From an uncultured Candidatus Saccharibacteria bacterium (GTDB taxonomy: Bacteria; Patescibacteriota; Minisyncoccia; Portnoybacterales; UBA2143), in NCBI GenBank assembly GCA_964413015.1, contig CAYPQZ010000006.1, positions 7,070-71,069 of the forward strand: a stretch of DNA of 64,000 bases, written 5' to 3'. Position 1 is the first letter of the stretch; each line of letters begins with the position of its first letter. The notes under the pieces were generated by a model. That model was not told where the DNA came from. It was given only the letters and a program-made list of their open reading frames with translations, and did not search any database. Positions 38,858 through 47,744 of this stretch are shown here, piece by piece. Position numbers and translations under genes: made by a program.

Positions 38858-39025
38858 TTTTATAGATTCAGTTTTAACTAAAGCTAAATATTTTTTAAAT
38901 AGAATGAAGGGTGCGGAGTTTATCTTAAAAGATGTAAAATTAGAGGCCTGGAGCTTGAAAAAAGCATTTCAACGTTGTAGAATGGAATAAATTTCAAGTT
39001 TTAAGTTTCAGTTTTATTAAAAAAA

Positions 39026-39475
39026 ATGACGGAAGAAAAAAAAGAAGAAAAAAATCCTCAAGAGGAACAAACCTCCAAATCTAAAAAAGTCCCTGCTAAG
39101 TTTAAGGAATTGGTAAGCCAGATAGAAGGAATGACTGTTTTAGAATTAGCCGAATTAGTTAAGGTCTTAGAGGACAAATTCGGTGTTAGCCCGATGACGA
39201 TTGCGGCTGCTCCAGCCGCCGGAAGCGTCGCTGCGGACGGTTCAGGAGAAGCGGCTGAAGAAAAAAGCGCTTTTGATGTAGAGTTAAAATCGGGCGGCGA
39301 CCAGAAAATTTCAGTGATTAAGGCAGTTAAGGAGATAACCGGCCAGGGTTTGAAAGAAGCCAAAGATTTAGTTGATGGGGCGCCTAAAATAATCAAACAG
39401 GGCGTTAAAAAGGAAGAAGCCGAAGAGATGAAGAAGAAATTGGAAGAAGCCGGAGCGACGGTTGAATTGAAATAA
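39026..39475 (+). CDS. rplL: 50S ribosomal protein L7/L12
   Basis: [39 protein letters not shown]. Confidence 0.97.
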   Translation: MTEEKKEEKNPQEEQTSKSKKVPAKFKELVSQIEGMTVLELAELVKVLEDKFGVSPMTIAAAPAAGSVAADGSGEAAEEKSAFDVELKSGGDQKISVIKAVKEITGQGLKEAKDLVDGAPKIIKQGVKKEEAEEMKKKLEEAGATVELK

Positions 39476-39489
39476 TCAATAATTTCATT

Positions 39490-40065
39490 ATGTCTAAGGA
39501 AATCTTAGAACAACTTTTTGACTCTCCGGTCAAAGTCAGGCTGCTTAAGTTGTTTTTGCGCAACCCAACCGAATCGTTTAGATTGAAAGATATTTCCACG
39601 AGGACAAAAAGTGATATCCGCTCCTGCAGCCAGCAAGTCAAGAAACTAGAAAATATTAATTTGATTAGCAGCAAGAAAAAAGGCAAGGTTAAAGTTTATT
39701 CCGTTAATTCCGGCTTTGATTTTTACAACGAGCTTAAAACCCTGGTTCTTAAATCCAGCCCAGCTTCCAAAGATAAATTATTGCAACGGTTAAAATCTTT
39801 AGGAAGAATTAAACTGGCTGTTCTGTCCGGGGTTTTTATTAACCTTGATAATTCGCGGGTTGACCTTTTGGTAGTCGGAGACGGGATTAAAAATAAGAAG
39901 CTGTCCGGGTTCTTAAGAGATTTGGAAGCCGAGGTTGGCAAAGAAATTGATTATGTTGTTTTTTCCGTCAGAGATTTTACTTACCGCTATGATATGTTTG
40001 ACAGGTTTATCCGCGATGTTATGGAAAAACCTCATGAAAAGATAATCAATAAGTTGAAGATATAG
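39490..40065 (+). CDS. wHTH plus nucleotidyltransferase-like conserved protein
   Basis: N-terminal HTH; LSGVF...VDLLVVGD...EVGKEIDY. Confidence 0.7.
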   Translation: MSKEILEQLFDSPVKVRLLKLFLRNPTESFRLKDISTRTKSDIRSCSQQVKKLENINLISSKKKGKVKVYSVNSGFDFYNELKTLVLKSSPASKDKLLQRLKSLGRIKLAVLSGVFINLDNSRVDLLVVGDGIKNKKLSGFLRDLEAEVGKEIDYVVFSVRDFTYRYDMFDRFIRDVMEKPHEKIINKLKI

Positions 40066-40069
40066 GACG

Positions 40070-40141
40070 GGGCGGTTAGCTCAGCGGCAGAGCATTGCAT
40101 TCACATTGCAAGGGTCATCCGTTCAAATCGGATACCGCCCA
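40070..40141 (+). tRNA. tRNA-Val(CAC)
   Basis: Cloverleaf, anticodon CAC. Confidence 0.92.
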
Positions 40142-40159
40142 CTTCGTGTCCATTTAATT

Positions 40160-40606
40160 ATGGTAATAACTCCCCATATGTTAGTCGGCGCGGCAATCGG
40201 CGTCCAATCTGAAAATATTTGGACCGCTTTTTGTTTTGGACTGATGAGTCATTATCTGCTTGATTTTTTACCTCATTGGGATTATTTAAAAAAAATTGAA
40301 ATTGACAAGCCGTCACACTTTATTAAAATTTTTTTAGATTTTATTTTAGGGGTAAGCATAGTTATTGTTTTAGTTTGGGGCTTTCCGCAAAAGCTGCCAA
40401 TTTTATTTGCTTTGCTTGGAGCATTATTGCCCGATGTCTCGGAATTTTTTTATAGTGAATTCAAGATAAAATTTTTAAGACCTTTCCATAATTTTCATCA
40501 TAAAGTTCACTATTGGAAAAGATTGCCTTTGAGCAAGGGATTGCCACTCACTTTATTTGTGTCTTTAAGCGCTGTTTTTATAATCATTTTATCTAAATGG
40601 GGATAA
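40160..40606 (+). CDS. Membrane protein, metal-dependent hydrolase-like
   Basis: TPHMLVGAA, SHYLLDFLPHWD, LLPD, FHHKVH. Confidence 0.7.
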   Translation: MVITPHMLVGAAIGVQSENIWTAFCFGLMSHYLLDFLPHWDYLKKIEIDKPSHFIKIFLDFILGVSIVIVLVWGFPQKLPILFALLGALLPDVSEFFYSEFKIKFLRPFHNFHHKVHYWKRLPLSKGLPLTLFVSLSAVFIIILSKWG

Positions 40607-40719
40607 TTTGTGGATGAAAAAAGGGGAATAGTTGTAAAAAATGGCTTTTTAAAGCCATTTTTTTATTTTAAAAATCCGGAAAATCGTGTGTTTGACAGGT
40701 CTGTTTAAGTGAAATATAA

Positions 40720-40780
40720 TGGGGGTTGAGTAGAGATATGTGGATAAAAGTGGGGATAAGTAGTTAATTTTGTGGATAAT
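40720..40780 (+). promoter_or_regulatory. MraZ-binding GTGG-type repeats at ~10-bp spacing
   Basis: GGGGG/GTAGA/GTGGA/GTGGG/GTAGT/GTGGA downstream of TTGACA-17-TATAAT (40692-40720). Confidence 0.7.
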
Positions 40781-40781
40781 T

Positions 40782-41213
40782 ATGCTTATTGGCGAATACA
40801 AATACACCATTGATACAAAAAGAAGATTGGCTATTCCGTCTAAACTAAGGAAAGAATTAGGCAAGGGCGCTGTTCTGACCAGGGGCTTGGATAATTGTTT
40901 AGCGCTTTACTCGTTAAAAGAATGGCAGGGTATGGCCAAAAAGCTTAGCCAGCTGCCGACCGGAAAGATTGACGCCCGGGGCTTCAACAGAATTATTTTA
41001 GCCGGCGCGGCAAATGTGGTTTTTGACCGATTAGGAAGAATTTTGGTACCCGATTATTTAAAAGATTATGCCGGGTTAAAAAAGAATCTTGTGATTGTCG
41101 GAGTTTACAACCGATTGGAAATTTGGGACGAAGCCAAGTGGAAAATTTATAAACAGAAAGTGGAAAAAGAAGTTGGCAATATTGCCCAAAGATTAGGGGA
41201 ATTGGGAATTTAA
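40782..41213 (+). CDS. mraZ: Transcriptional regulator MraZ
   Basis: GEYKYTIDTKRRLAIP, DRLGRILVP, RLEIWD. Confidence 0.96.
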   Translation: MLIGEYKYTIDTKRRLAIPSKLRKELGKGAVLTRGLDNCLALYSLKEWQGMAKKLSQLPTGKIDARGFNRIILAGAANVVFDRLGRILVPDYLKDYAGLKKNLVIVGVYNRLEIWDEAKWKIYKQKVEKEVGNIAQRLGELGI

Positions 41214-41214
41214 A

Positions 41215-42123
41215 ATGGAGCATCAGCCGGTTCTCTTAAAAGAAGTTTTAAAATATTTAGACCCTCAATCCGGAGAGAATTTCATTGATTGCACCTTTGG
41301 GTTCGGCGGCCATGCCTTAGCTATTTTAAAAAAAGTTAAACCGACCGGAAAAGTTCTGGGAATTGATTCGGATAAAAAAGCTTTAGCTCAAACGAAGACG
41401 AAGAATAAAAATCTTATTCTAACCCAAGGGAATTTCGCTGATTTGAAAAGGATAGTTGAAGAACAGAAATTCCAGCCGGTTAATGGAATCCTTTTTGACT
41501 TAGGAATTTCCAGCTGGCAGATAGATAAAAGCCAGAAAGGATTTTCATTCCAGAAAGACGAACCCTTGGATATGCGGTTTGACCAGGGGAAAAATGATTT
41601 AACAGCTGAGCAGATTGTAAATTATTGGGAGGAAAGCGAACTGGAGAAAATATTTCGTGAATATGGAGAGGAAAGATTTTCCAAAAAGATTGCCAGAAAT
41701 ATCTGCTTAGTCAGACAGAACAGAAACATTAAAACAACCAGTCATCTGGTAGAGGTCATCAAACAAGCCATTCCAGGAAAATTCCAGCACGGAAGAACGC
41801 CCCATAGCAGAACAAGTTCGCTACGGGGCAGGCACTTTGCCACCCGGATATTTCAAGCTTTGCGTATTGCCGTAAATGACGAATTAAATAATCTTGAATT
41901 AGCTTTAAACCAGTCCTTAGGCATTTTGGAAGCCAATGGCCGATTAGCGGTCATTTCCTTCCATTCTTTGGAAGACAGAATAGTGAAGAATTCCTTTAGG
42001 GAGCAGGCCAAGGAAAACAATCTAAAAATTTTAACTAAAAAGCCGGTTCAGCCGACTGAACAGGAAATTGAATACAATAAGAGAAGCCGCAGCGCTAAAT
42101 TGCGCGTCGTTGTAAAAATATGA
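41215..42123 (+). CDS. rsmH: 16S rRNA m4C1402 methyltransferase RsmH
   Basis: HQPVLL, DCTFGFGGH, DLGISS, PLDMR, FQALRIAVN, FHSLEDR. Confidence 0.97.
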   Translation: MEHQPVLLKEVLKYLDPQSGENFIDCTFGFGGHALAILKKVKPTGKVLGIDSDKKALAQTKTKNKNLILTQGNFADLKRIVEEQKFQPVNGILFDLGISSWQIDKSQKGFSFQKDEPLDMRFDQGKNDLTAEQIVNYWEESELEKIFREYGEERFSKKIARNICLVRQNRNIKTTSHLVEVIKQAIPGKFQHGRTPHSRTSSLRGRHFATRIFQALRIAVNDELNNLELALNQSLGILEANGRLAVISFHSLEDRIVKNSFREQAKENNLKILTKKPVQPTEQEIEYNKRSRSAKLRVVVKI

Positions 42124-42449
42124 CTGCTTACATTAAATCTAAAGAGTTTCAAAAGAACAGCCATAACCATGGTCTGGCTATTTTGGTTATTTTAATAATC
42201 CTAGCCATTTTCTGTTCAGTTTTATTTTACGCTTTTCAAAGCAGCAGTATAATTTCTTACAGCTATAAAATCAGAGAAAAGAAACAGCAGCTTGAAGAAC
42301 TCCAAGCGGAAAATCATAATCTGAACATGGAAATTGCCCAGTGGCGGTCACTGGCTAATTTGGAAGAATTAGCCCAGTCATTAGATATGGTTGAAGCAGA
42401 ACAGGTTATCTATTTGAGGCCTGGAAAAGAAGTCGCTGTTAAAAAATAG
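42120..42449 (+). CDS. FtsL-like cell division protein
   Basis: TM plus coiled coil, between rsmH and a class B PBP. Confidence 0.7.
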   Translation: MTAYIKSKEFQKNSHNHGLAILVILIILAIFCSVLFYAFQSSSIISYSYKIREKKQQLEELQAENHNLNMEIAQWRSLANLEELAQSLDMVEAEQVIYLRPGKEVAVKK

Positions 42450-42452
42450 CTC

Positions 42453-44174
42453 ATGAAGCAATGGCGCATCTACGCATTAATATTTTTTGTTTTTTTATTA
42501 GGCAGCGGGGTTTTAACTCGTTTGTTTTTTCTCCAGATTTTAAGATATGACGATTACCACGCTTTGGCGCAAAACCAGCACCAATTTTTACAGACGCTTT
42601 TCCCGCAAAGGGGAGAGATACTTATGCAGGACTTATCCAACCATCAGCGGAATGACGAAAATTATTATTCTCCTTTGGCGGTAAACAAGAAATATCAGCA
42701 GATTTACGTTGTTCCCAGGGAGATTGACGTTCAGGAAAAAGACAATTTGGCCAATGAGCTTTCCTGCCTTCTTGATTTGGAGAAAGATGATATTTTAAAC
42801 AAGCTTAACAAGGAAGACGACCCCTACGAACCTTTAAAACATAAAGTTGACCGGGAAGTCTCTGAGGAAATAGATAATTTGAATATTCAGGGAGTGAATT
42901 CTTCTTTGGAAACCTGGAGACATTATCCCAATAACACTTTAGCTTGCCATTTAACTGGCTTTGTCGGCATGGTTGGCGAAACTAAGGTCGGCCAGTACGG
43001 GCTAGAAGGCTATTACCAGGATTTGCTAAAAGGTAAGCAGGGATTTTTTAAAGGTCAGCGGGATACAGCCGGTTATCGAATCCCTTCCCTTAATCAGAAA
43101 CTAGAGCCGGCCGAAGATGGAGCCGTTCTGGTGCTGACTATCGACCAAAACATTCAGTTTAAGGCCGAAAAAGAGTTGAAAGAAGTAATTGAGAGATGGG
43201 ATGCGGAAAGCGGAACGGTAATCATTATGGAGCCGCAGACCGGGGCTATTCGGGCAATGGCCAGTTGGCCCGTTTTTGACCCGAATGAATACAGCCAAGT
43301 GGAAAGCATGGGTGTTTTTCTAAATCCTTCAATTCAGAAAGTTTATGAACCGGGTTCTGTTTTTAAGCCGATTACCATGGCTGCTGGTTTAGACAGCGGG
43401 CATATTTCTCCGGAAACGGTTTATCAAGATAAAGGCCAGTTAAGCTTAGGAGGGGGGATCATTAAAAATGTTGACGGGAAAGTTTACAATCAGCAGACGA
43501 TGACTCAGGTTCTTGAAAAATCGCTTAATACCGGAGCTGTTTTTGTTCAGCAAAAAATCGGCGAAGAAACTTTTAAGGACTATGTTCAGAGATTTAATTT
43601 TAACCTTCCGACCGGGATTGATTTAGCCGGTGAGATTGGCGGGAATATTTCAAATCTATATACCGGCAGGGAAATGAACTTGGCTAACATTTCTTTTGGA
43701 CAGGGCATAACGGTAACTCCTTTAGGCTTGATTACCGCCTTGGCGGCAATTGCCAATCGGGGCGAACTGATGCATCCTTTTATAGTTGAGAAAATAGTTT
43801 ATCCTAATGGGCGCGAGGAAGTAACTTCTCCGAGTTCTGTTAAAGAAGTAATTTCTCAAAAAACGGCCGAGAATTTGGTTAAAATGATGGTAAGTGTGGT
43901 TGACAACGGATTTGGGAAACCGGCTAAGATTGATGGGTACAGTATAGCCGGGAAAACCGGCACTGCCCAAGTTCCGGATTTTGAAGTGGGTGGATATTCC
44001 GATGAGACAATTCATACTTTTGTCGGCTTTGCTCCGGCTTTTGACCCTGAATTTATCATTTTAATCAAATTGGACAAGCCGCACGGAATTCGTTTCGCTT
44101 CAGATTCAGTCAGTCCAGTTTTTAAGGAATTGGCTAAGTATTTGTTCAATTATTTAGAAATACCGCCACAATAA
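42453..44174 (+). CDS. ftsI: Class B penicillin-binding protein (FtsI-like)
   Basis: EPGSVFK, SLN, KTGTAQ. Confidence 0.9.
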   Translation: MKQWRIYALIFFVFLLGSGVLTRLFFLQILRYDDYHALAQNQHQFLQTLFPQRGEILMQDLSNHQRNDENYYSPLAVNKKYQQIYVVPREIDVQEKDNLANELSCLLDLEKDDILNKLNKEDDPYEPLKHKVDREVSEEIDNLNIQGVNSSLETWRHYPNNTLACHLTGFVGMVGETKVGQYGLEGYYQDLLKGKQGFFKGQRDTAGYRIPSLNQKLEPAEDGAVLVLTIDQNIQFKAEKELKEVIERWDAESGTVIIMEPQTGAIRAMASWPVFDPNEYSQVESMGVFLNPSIQKVYEPGSVFKPITMAAGLDSGHISPETVYQDKGQLSLGGGIIKNVDGKVYNQQTMTQVLEKSLNTGAVFVQQKIGEETFKDYVQRFNFNLPTGIDLAGEIGGNISNLYTGREMNLANISFGQGITVTPLGLITALAAIANRGELMHPFIVEKIVYPNGREEVTSPSSVKEVISQKTAENLVKMMVSVVDNGFGKPAKIDGYSIAGKTGTAQVPDFEVGGYSDETIHTFVGFAPAFDPEFIILIKLDKPHGIRFASDSVSPVFKELAKYLFNYLEIPPQ

Positions 44175-44194
44175 AATAAAATTTTTAATTTTTA

Positions 44195-45496
44195 ATGTTT
44201 AAAAATTCTAAAATGCGTAGTATTTTACAATACATTCTTAAAGTTCTAGCTCAAATTATTCTTTGGCGATACAAACCAGAAATTGTTGCGGTAACCGGCA
44301 GCGTAGGCAAGACCGGGGCCAAAGAAGCTATTTATCATGTTCTCAAAGGCAGTTTTAGGACCCGACGGAATATCAAGAACTACAATAATGAAATCGGAGT
44401 TCCTTTGACTATCTTAGGACAGGACATTGCTCCGCAGACAAAAATATCGGCTATCTTTCCCTGGCTGACAATTTTCTTTAAGGCCTGCTTGACCATTATT
44501 TGGCAAAGAAAATATCCTGAAGTTTTAGTTTTAGAAATGGGCATCAGCCATCCCGGAGATATGAAATATCTGGTTAATTTTGCTCCGGCTAAAGTCGGGG
44601 TTATTACGGCAATTGGCGAATTCCCGACACACTTGGAATTTTTTCCGGAAAAGGACCGGCTAATCAAAGAAAAGGCCTTTTTGGTAAAGCATTTAACCAA
44701 GCAGGGGACCGCTGTTTTGAATTACGACGATTTATCAGTTAGGATGATCGGTGATGAATTAGGAGAAAAAACGAACCTTATTCAGTATGGTTTTGGAAAC
44801 GCGGCTGATCTAAAGATACTGAATTATAATTTATTGACTGGTGATTTAGACAAAGGCAATTACGGGATTAGCTTTAAACTGGAATATAATGGAAGCGTGG
44901 TGCCGTTTAGGTTAAACAAGATTTTGGGGAAACAACATGCTTTTGCCGCGGCTGCCGCAGCCAGCGTCGGGCTTGTTTTCGGAATGAATTTGGTTGAGAT
45001 ATCCCATTCTTTATCCGGCTATCATTCTTTGCCTGGCCGAGCTAAATTGCTTAAAGGCGTTAAAAATACCTGGCTGATAGATGATACTTACAACGCTTCA
45101 CCTTTAGCGACCTTGAACAGCTTGGATATTTTGGACAGGCTAGCTGCCGGTCATCCCGGCAGGAAAATAGTTGTTTTAGGCGATATGTTGGAATTGGGAA
45201 TTTATACAGAAGATGGCCATCGACGGGTTGGCCGGGAAATTCCCCAAATCGCTGATTTGCTTTTTACAGTAGGAGCCAAAGCCAACTTTATTGCCGAAGA
45301 AGCGGCTAATCAAGGATTTAACAAAAACAAGATTTTCAAGTTTTACCAGCCGGAAAAAGCCGGCTTGGCTCTTCAGAAAGAATTAGTTCAGGGAGATTTT
45401 GTTTTAATTAAGGGCTCGCGGGGAATCCATATGGAGAAAATAGTTAAGGAAATTATGAGAAGTTCTGAAAAGGCCGATGAATTACTGGTCCATTAG
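44195..45496 (+). CDS. murF: UDP-MurNAc-tripeptide--D-Ala-D-Ala ligase
   Basis: TGSVGKT, NNEIGVP, DDTYNASP, LGDMLELG, KGSRG. Confidence 0.95.
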   Translation: MFKNSKMRSILQYILKVLAQIILWRYKPEIVAVTGSVGKTGAKEAIYHVLKGSFRTRRNIKNYNNEIGVPLTILGQDIAPQTKISAIFPWLTIFFKACLTIIWQRKYPEVLVLEMGISHPGDMKYLVNFAPAKVGVITAIGEFPTHLEFFPEKDRLIKEKAFLVKHLTKQGTAVLNYDDLSVRMIGDELGEKTNLIQYGFGNAADLKILNYNLLTGDLDKGNYGISFKLEYNGSVVPFRLNKILGKQHAFAAAAAASVGLVFGMNLVEISHSLSGYHSLPGRAKLLKGVKNTWLIDDTYNASPLATLNSLDILDRLAAGHPGRKIVVLGDMLELGIYTEDGHRRVGREIPQIADLLFTVGAKANFIAEEAANQGFNKNKIFKFYQPEKAGLALQKELVQGDFVLIKGSRGIHMEKIVKEIMRSSEKADELLVH

Positions 45497-45586
45497 AAAG
45501 TTGATTTTTGTCAATTTTTTTGGTAATATTTAAAGATGCTAATTTGTATTTAAAAATTAAAAATTAAAAATTAAAAATTTTGATTT

Positions 45587-45658
45587 GGCCCTATCGTCTA
45601 GTGGCTAGGACGCCAGGTTCTCATCCTGGTAACAGGAGTTCGATTCTCCTTAGGGCTG
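45587..45658 (+). tRNA. tRNA-Glu(CUC)
   Basis: Cloverleaf, anticodon CTC. Confidence 0.93.
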
Positions 45659-45678
45659 CGCGAAAGGAGGTGATAAAA

Positions 45679-45939
45679 ATGGCTGAGGAAAAATTAGTCG
45701 GGAAAATAACGCATTACTTTACTAATATCGGAGTAGGGGTTATTGAGATTACTGACAACGAGTTAAAAGTTGGCGATAAAATTCATGTAAAAGGGGCTAC
45801 CAGTGATTTTGAACAGGCGGTTGACTCAATGCAAATAGAGCATGAGAACGTAGAAGTGGCTAATAAAGGCGACGCGGTTGGCTTAAAAGTAGAACAGCAG
45901 GTCAGAGAAGGCGATGAAGTCTTTAAAACAGCAGATTAA
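45679..45939 (+). CDS. Small translation-factor domain II-like beta-barrel protein
   Basis: VGKITHYF...SMQIEHENV...GLKV...VREGDEVF; SD AGGAGGTG. Confidence 0.8.
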   Translation: MAEEKLVGKITHYFTNIGVGVIEITDNELKVGDKIHVKGATSDFEQAVDSMQIEHENVEVANKGDAVGLKVEQQVREGDEVFKTAD

Positions 45940-45951
45940 TTAAGATTAAAA

Positions 45952-46869
45952 ATGGAAGAAGGAAATAAAGGAATCAGGTCCTTGATACTTTTTTCAGGTG
46001 GCTTAGATTCTATTTTATTAGTTAAAATTTTAAGAGAACAAGGCGTAGATATAGCTGGCATAAATTTTGTCAGTTATTTTTTTAATGAAGATTTAGCAGT
46101 CAAAGCGGCTAAAGATTTAAAACTTAAGTTAAAAATATTTGATTTTTCGGAGGAACATTTGGCAGTAGTCAAAAAACCCCGTTACGGCTACGGCAAAGCG
46201 ATAAATCCTTGCATTGATTGCCACCTTTTAATGCTTAAAAAGGCCAAGGGAATAATGGTCAAAGAGAAATTTGACCTGGTGGCTACCGGCGAGGTGCTGG
46301 GGGAAAGGCCGATGTCCCAAAACAGGCAGGCCTTAGAGCTAATTGAAGAAAAATCAGGCCTAAAAGGAGCTTTGCTACGTCCTCTGTCGGCTAAATTATT
46401 AGAACCAACCATAGCTGAGGAGAGGGGATTAATTGATAGAAATCGTCTTCTTGATATCTCCGGCCGGAGCCGAAAAAAACAAATGTCTTTGGCTAAGAAA
46501 TGGGGGATCCAGGAATACCCCAGTCCGGCTGGAGGGTGCTGTTTGACTGATTTGCAATTTGCCAAGCGTTTTAAAAAAATGCTTAAATATTGGCCTGATT
46601 GCCGAGGCAAAGATGTCCAATTGTTAAAACTAGGCCGCCATTTTTGGCAGGATAATAATCTGCTTGTGATCGGCCGCAATCAGCAGGATAATAAGGAAAT
46701 TAAAAAAACTTCTCTTAAGAGTGATGTTTTAATAGAACCAAAGGCCTTTCCCGGCCCGAGTATTTTAATTAGAGGGGAAAAAAGCGTTTCAGAACAGAGC
46801 TTAATTAAAGCTAAAGAGTTAATGTTTAGGTATTCAAAGAAAGGACGTTATTTAAAGGACAGTCTTTAA
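45952..46869 (+). CDS. ThiI-like PP-loop tRNA sulfurtransferase
   Basis: FSGGLDS, NPCIDC, TGEVLGERPMSQ, SPAGGC, GRHF. Confidence 0.85.
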   Translation: MEEGNKGIRSLILFSGGLDSILLVKILREQGVDIAGINFVSYFFNEDLAVKAAKDLKLKLKIFDFSEEHLAVVKKPRYGYGKAINPCIDCHLLMLKKAKGIMVKEKFDLVATGEVLGERPMSQNRQALELIEEKSGLKGALLRPLSAKLLEPTIAEERGLIDRNRLLDISGRSRKKQMSLAKKWGIQEYPSPAGGCCLTDLQFAKRFKKMLKYWPDCRGKDVQLLKLGRHFWQDNNLLVIGRNQQDNKEIKKTSLKSDVLIEPKAFPGPSILIRGEKSVSEQSLIKAKELMFRYSKKGRYLKDSL

Positions 46870-46941
46870 AAATTAAGGGAATTTAAGGATTGTCCTTATC
46901 ATCAGCGTATCCCAAGGGACATCATTTTAAAAACTGTCCTT
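46855..46941 (+). repeat. Rearranged A/B element; supplies the stop codon of the upstream gene
   Basis: AAGGACAGTCTTTAA...TTTAAGGATTGTCCTTATC...CAAGGGACATCATTTTAAAAACTGTCCTT. Confidence 0.8.
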
Positions 46942-46943
46942 AA

Positions 46944-47720
46944 ATGGCTTTAATTTGTTCCATTGTGCCATATTTCTCTTTCACTCAAATTCAAATCGGC
47001 GCGTTTACTTTTTATCCCTGGGGATTTTTCCTGGGCCTGGCTTTTTTGATTGGCTCCTGGTTGGTTTTGAAAGAAGCGGTTAGAAAGGGAATTAACCAAA
47101 AAAAGACGTTTTGGTTGATTGTCTCCGTATTTTTAAGCGGATTAATTGGCTCGCGTTTAGCTTATATTCTCCAATTTCCCAGTTATTACCTGAATCATTT
47201 TTTAGAAATTTTTCAAATTTGGACCGGGGGTCTGATGTTCTACGGCGGCTTGTTAGGCGCCCTAATATCCGGCTGGCTGTATATTAAAAAAACCAGACTG
47301 AATTTTTGGCAAATTGCCGATATGCTTGCGCCGGCTTTGGCGATAGGTATTTTTATTGGTCGAATTGGCTGTTCGCTGATTAACGACCATCAGGGAGCGG
47401 CTACTGATTTGCCTTGGGGAATTATTTGGCCGGACGGGATTATTCGTCATCCGGTTGCTGAATATTTGGCTCTGAACGGGCTAATAATGTTTTTAGTTTT
47501 TTGGTTTTTAAAGAATTATCTTAGGAAGCCCGGCCGATTATTTATTATCTTTATTTTTTGGTATTCTTTGTCTCGTTTCCTGCTTGATTTTACCCGGGCT
47601 TCCGGCACTTTGCTATCCGACCCGCATTATTGGAGCTTAACCGTCAGCCAATGGTTTAGCTTGTTTGCCTTAATAGGCTTAAGCATCTTTTTTATAGCGA
47701 AAAGAGCTATTATCAAATAG
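46944..47720 (+). CDS. lgt: Prolipoprotein diacylglyceryl transferase
   Basis: GGLMFYGG, GRIGC, RHP, RFLLDFTR; start uncertain. Confidence 0.9.
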   Translation: MALICSIVPYFSFTQIQIGAFTFYPWGFFLGLAFLIGSWLVLKEAVRKGINQKKTFWLIVSVFLSGLIGSRLAYILQFPSYYLNHFLEIFQIWTGGLMFYGGLLGALISGWLYIKKTRLNFWQIADMLAPALAIGIFIGRIGCSLINDHQGAATDLPWGIIWPDGIIRHPVAEYLALNGLIMFLVFWFLKNYLRKPGRLFIIFIFWYSLSRFLLDFTRASGTLLSDPHYWSLTVSQWFSLFALIGLSIFFIAKRAIIK

Positions 47721-47744
47721 GCCTTTTTGTTGTATGATAAAAGC

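Noticed and set aside
40739-40779. Two TGTGGATAA (DnaA-box) matches suggesting oriC
   Set aside because: They fall within the GTGG repeat ladder expected for MraZ autoregulation; no dnaA or DUE context
40106-45678. Track ORF starts at 40106 and 45580
   Set aside because: They overlap tRNA-Val and tRNA-Glu; the likely starts are 40160 and 45679
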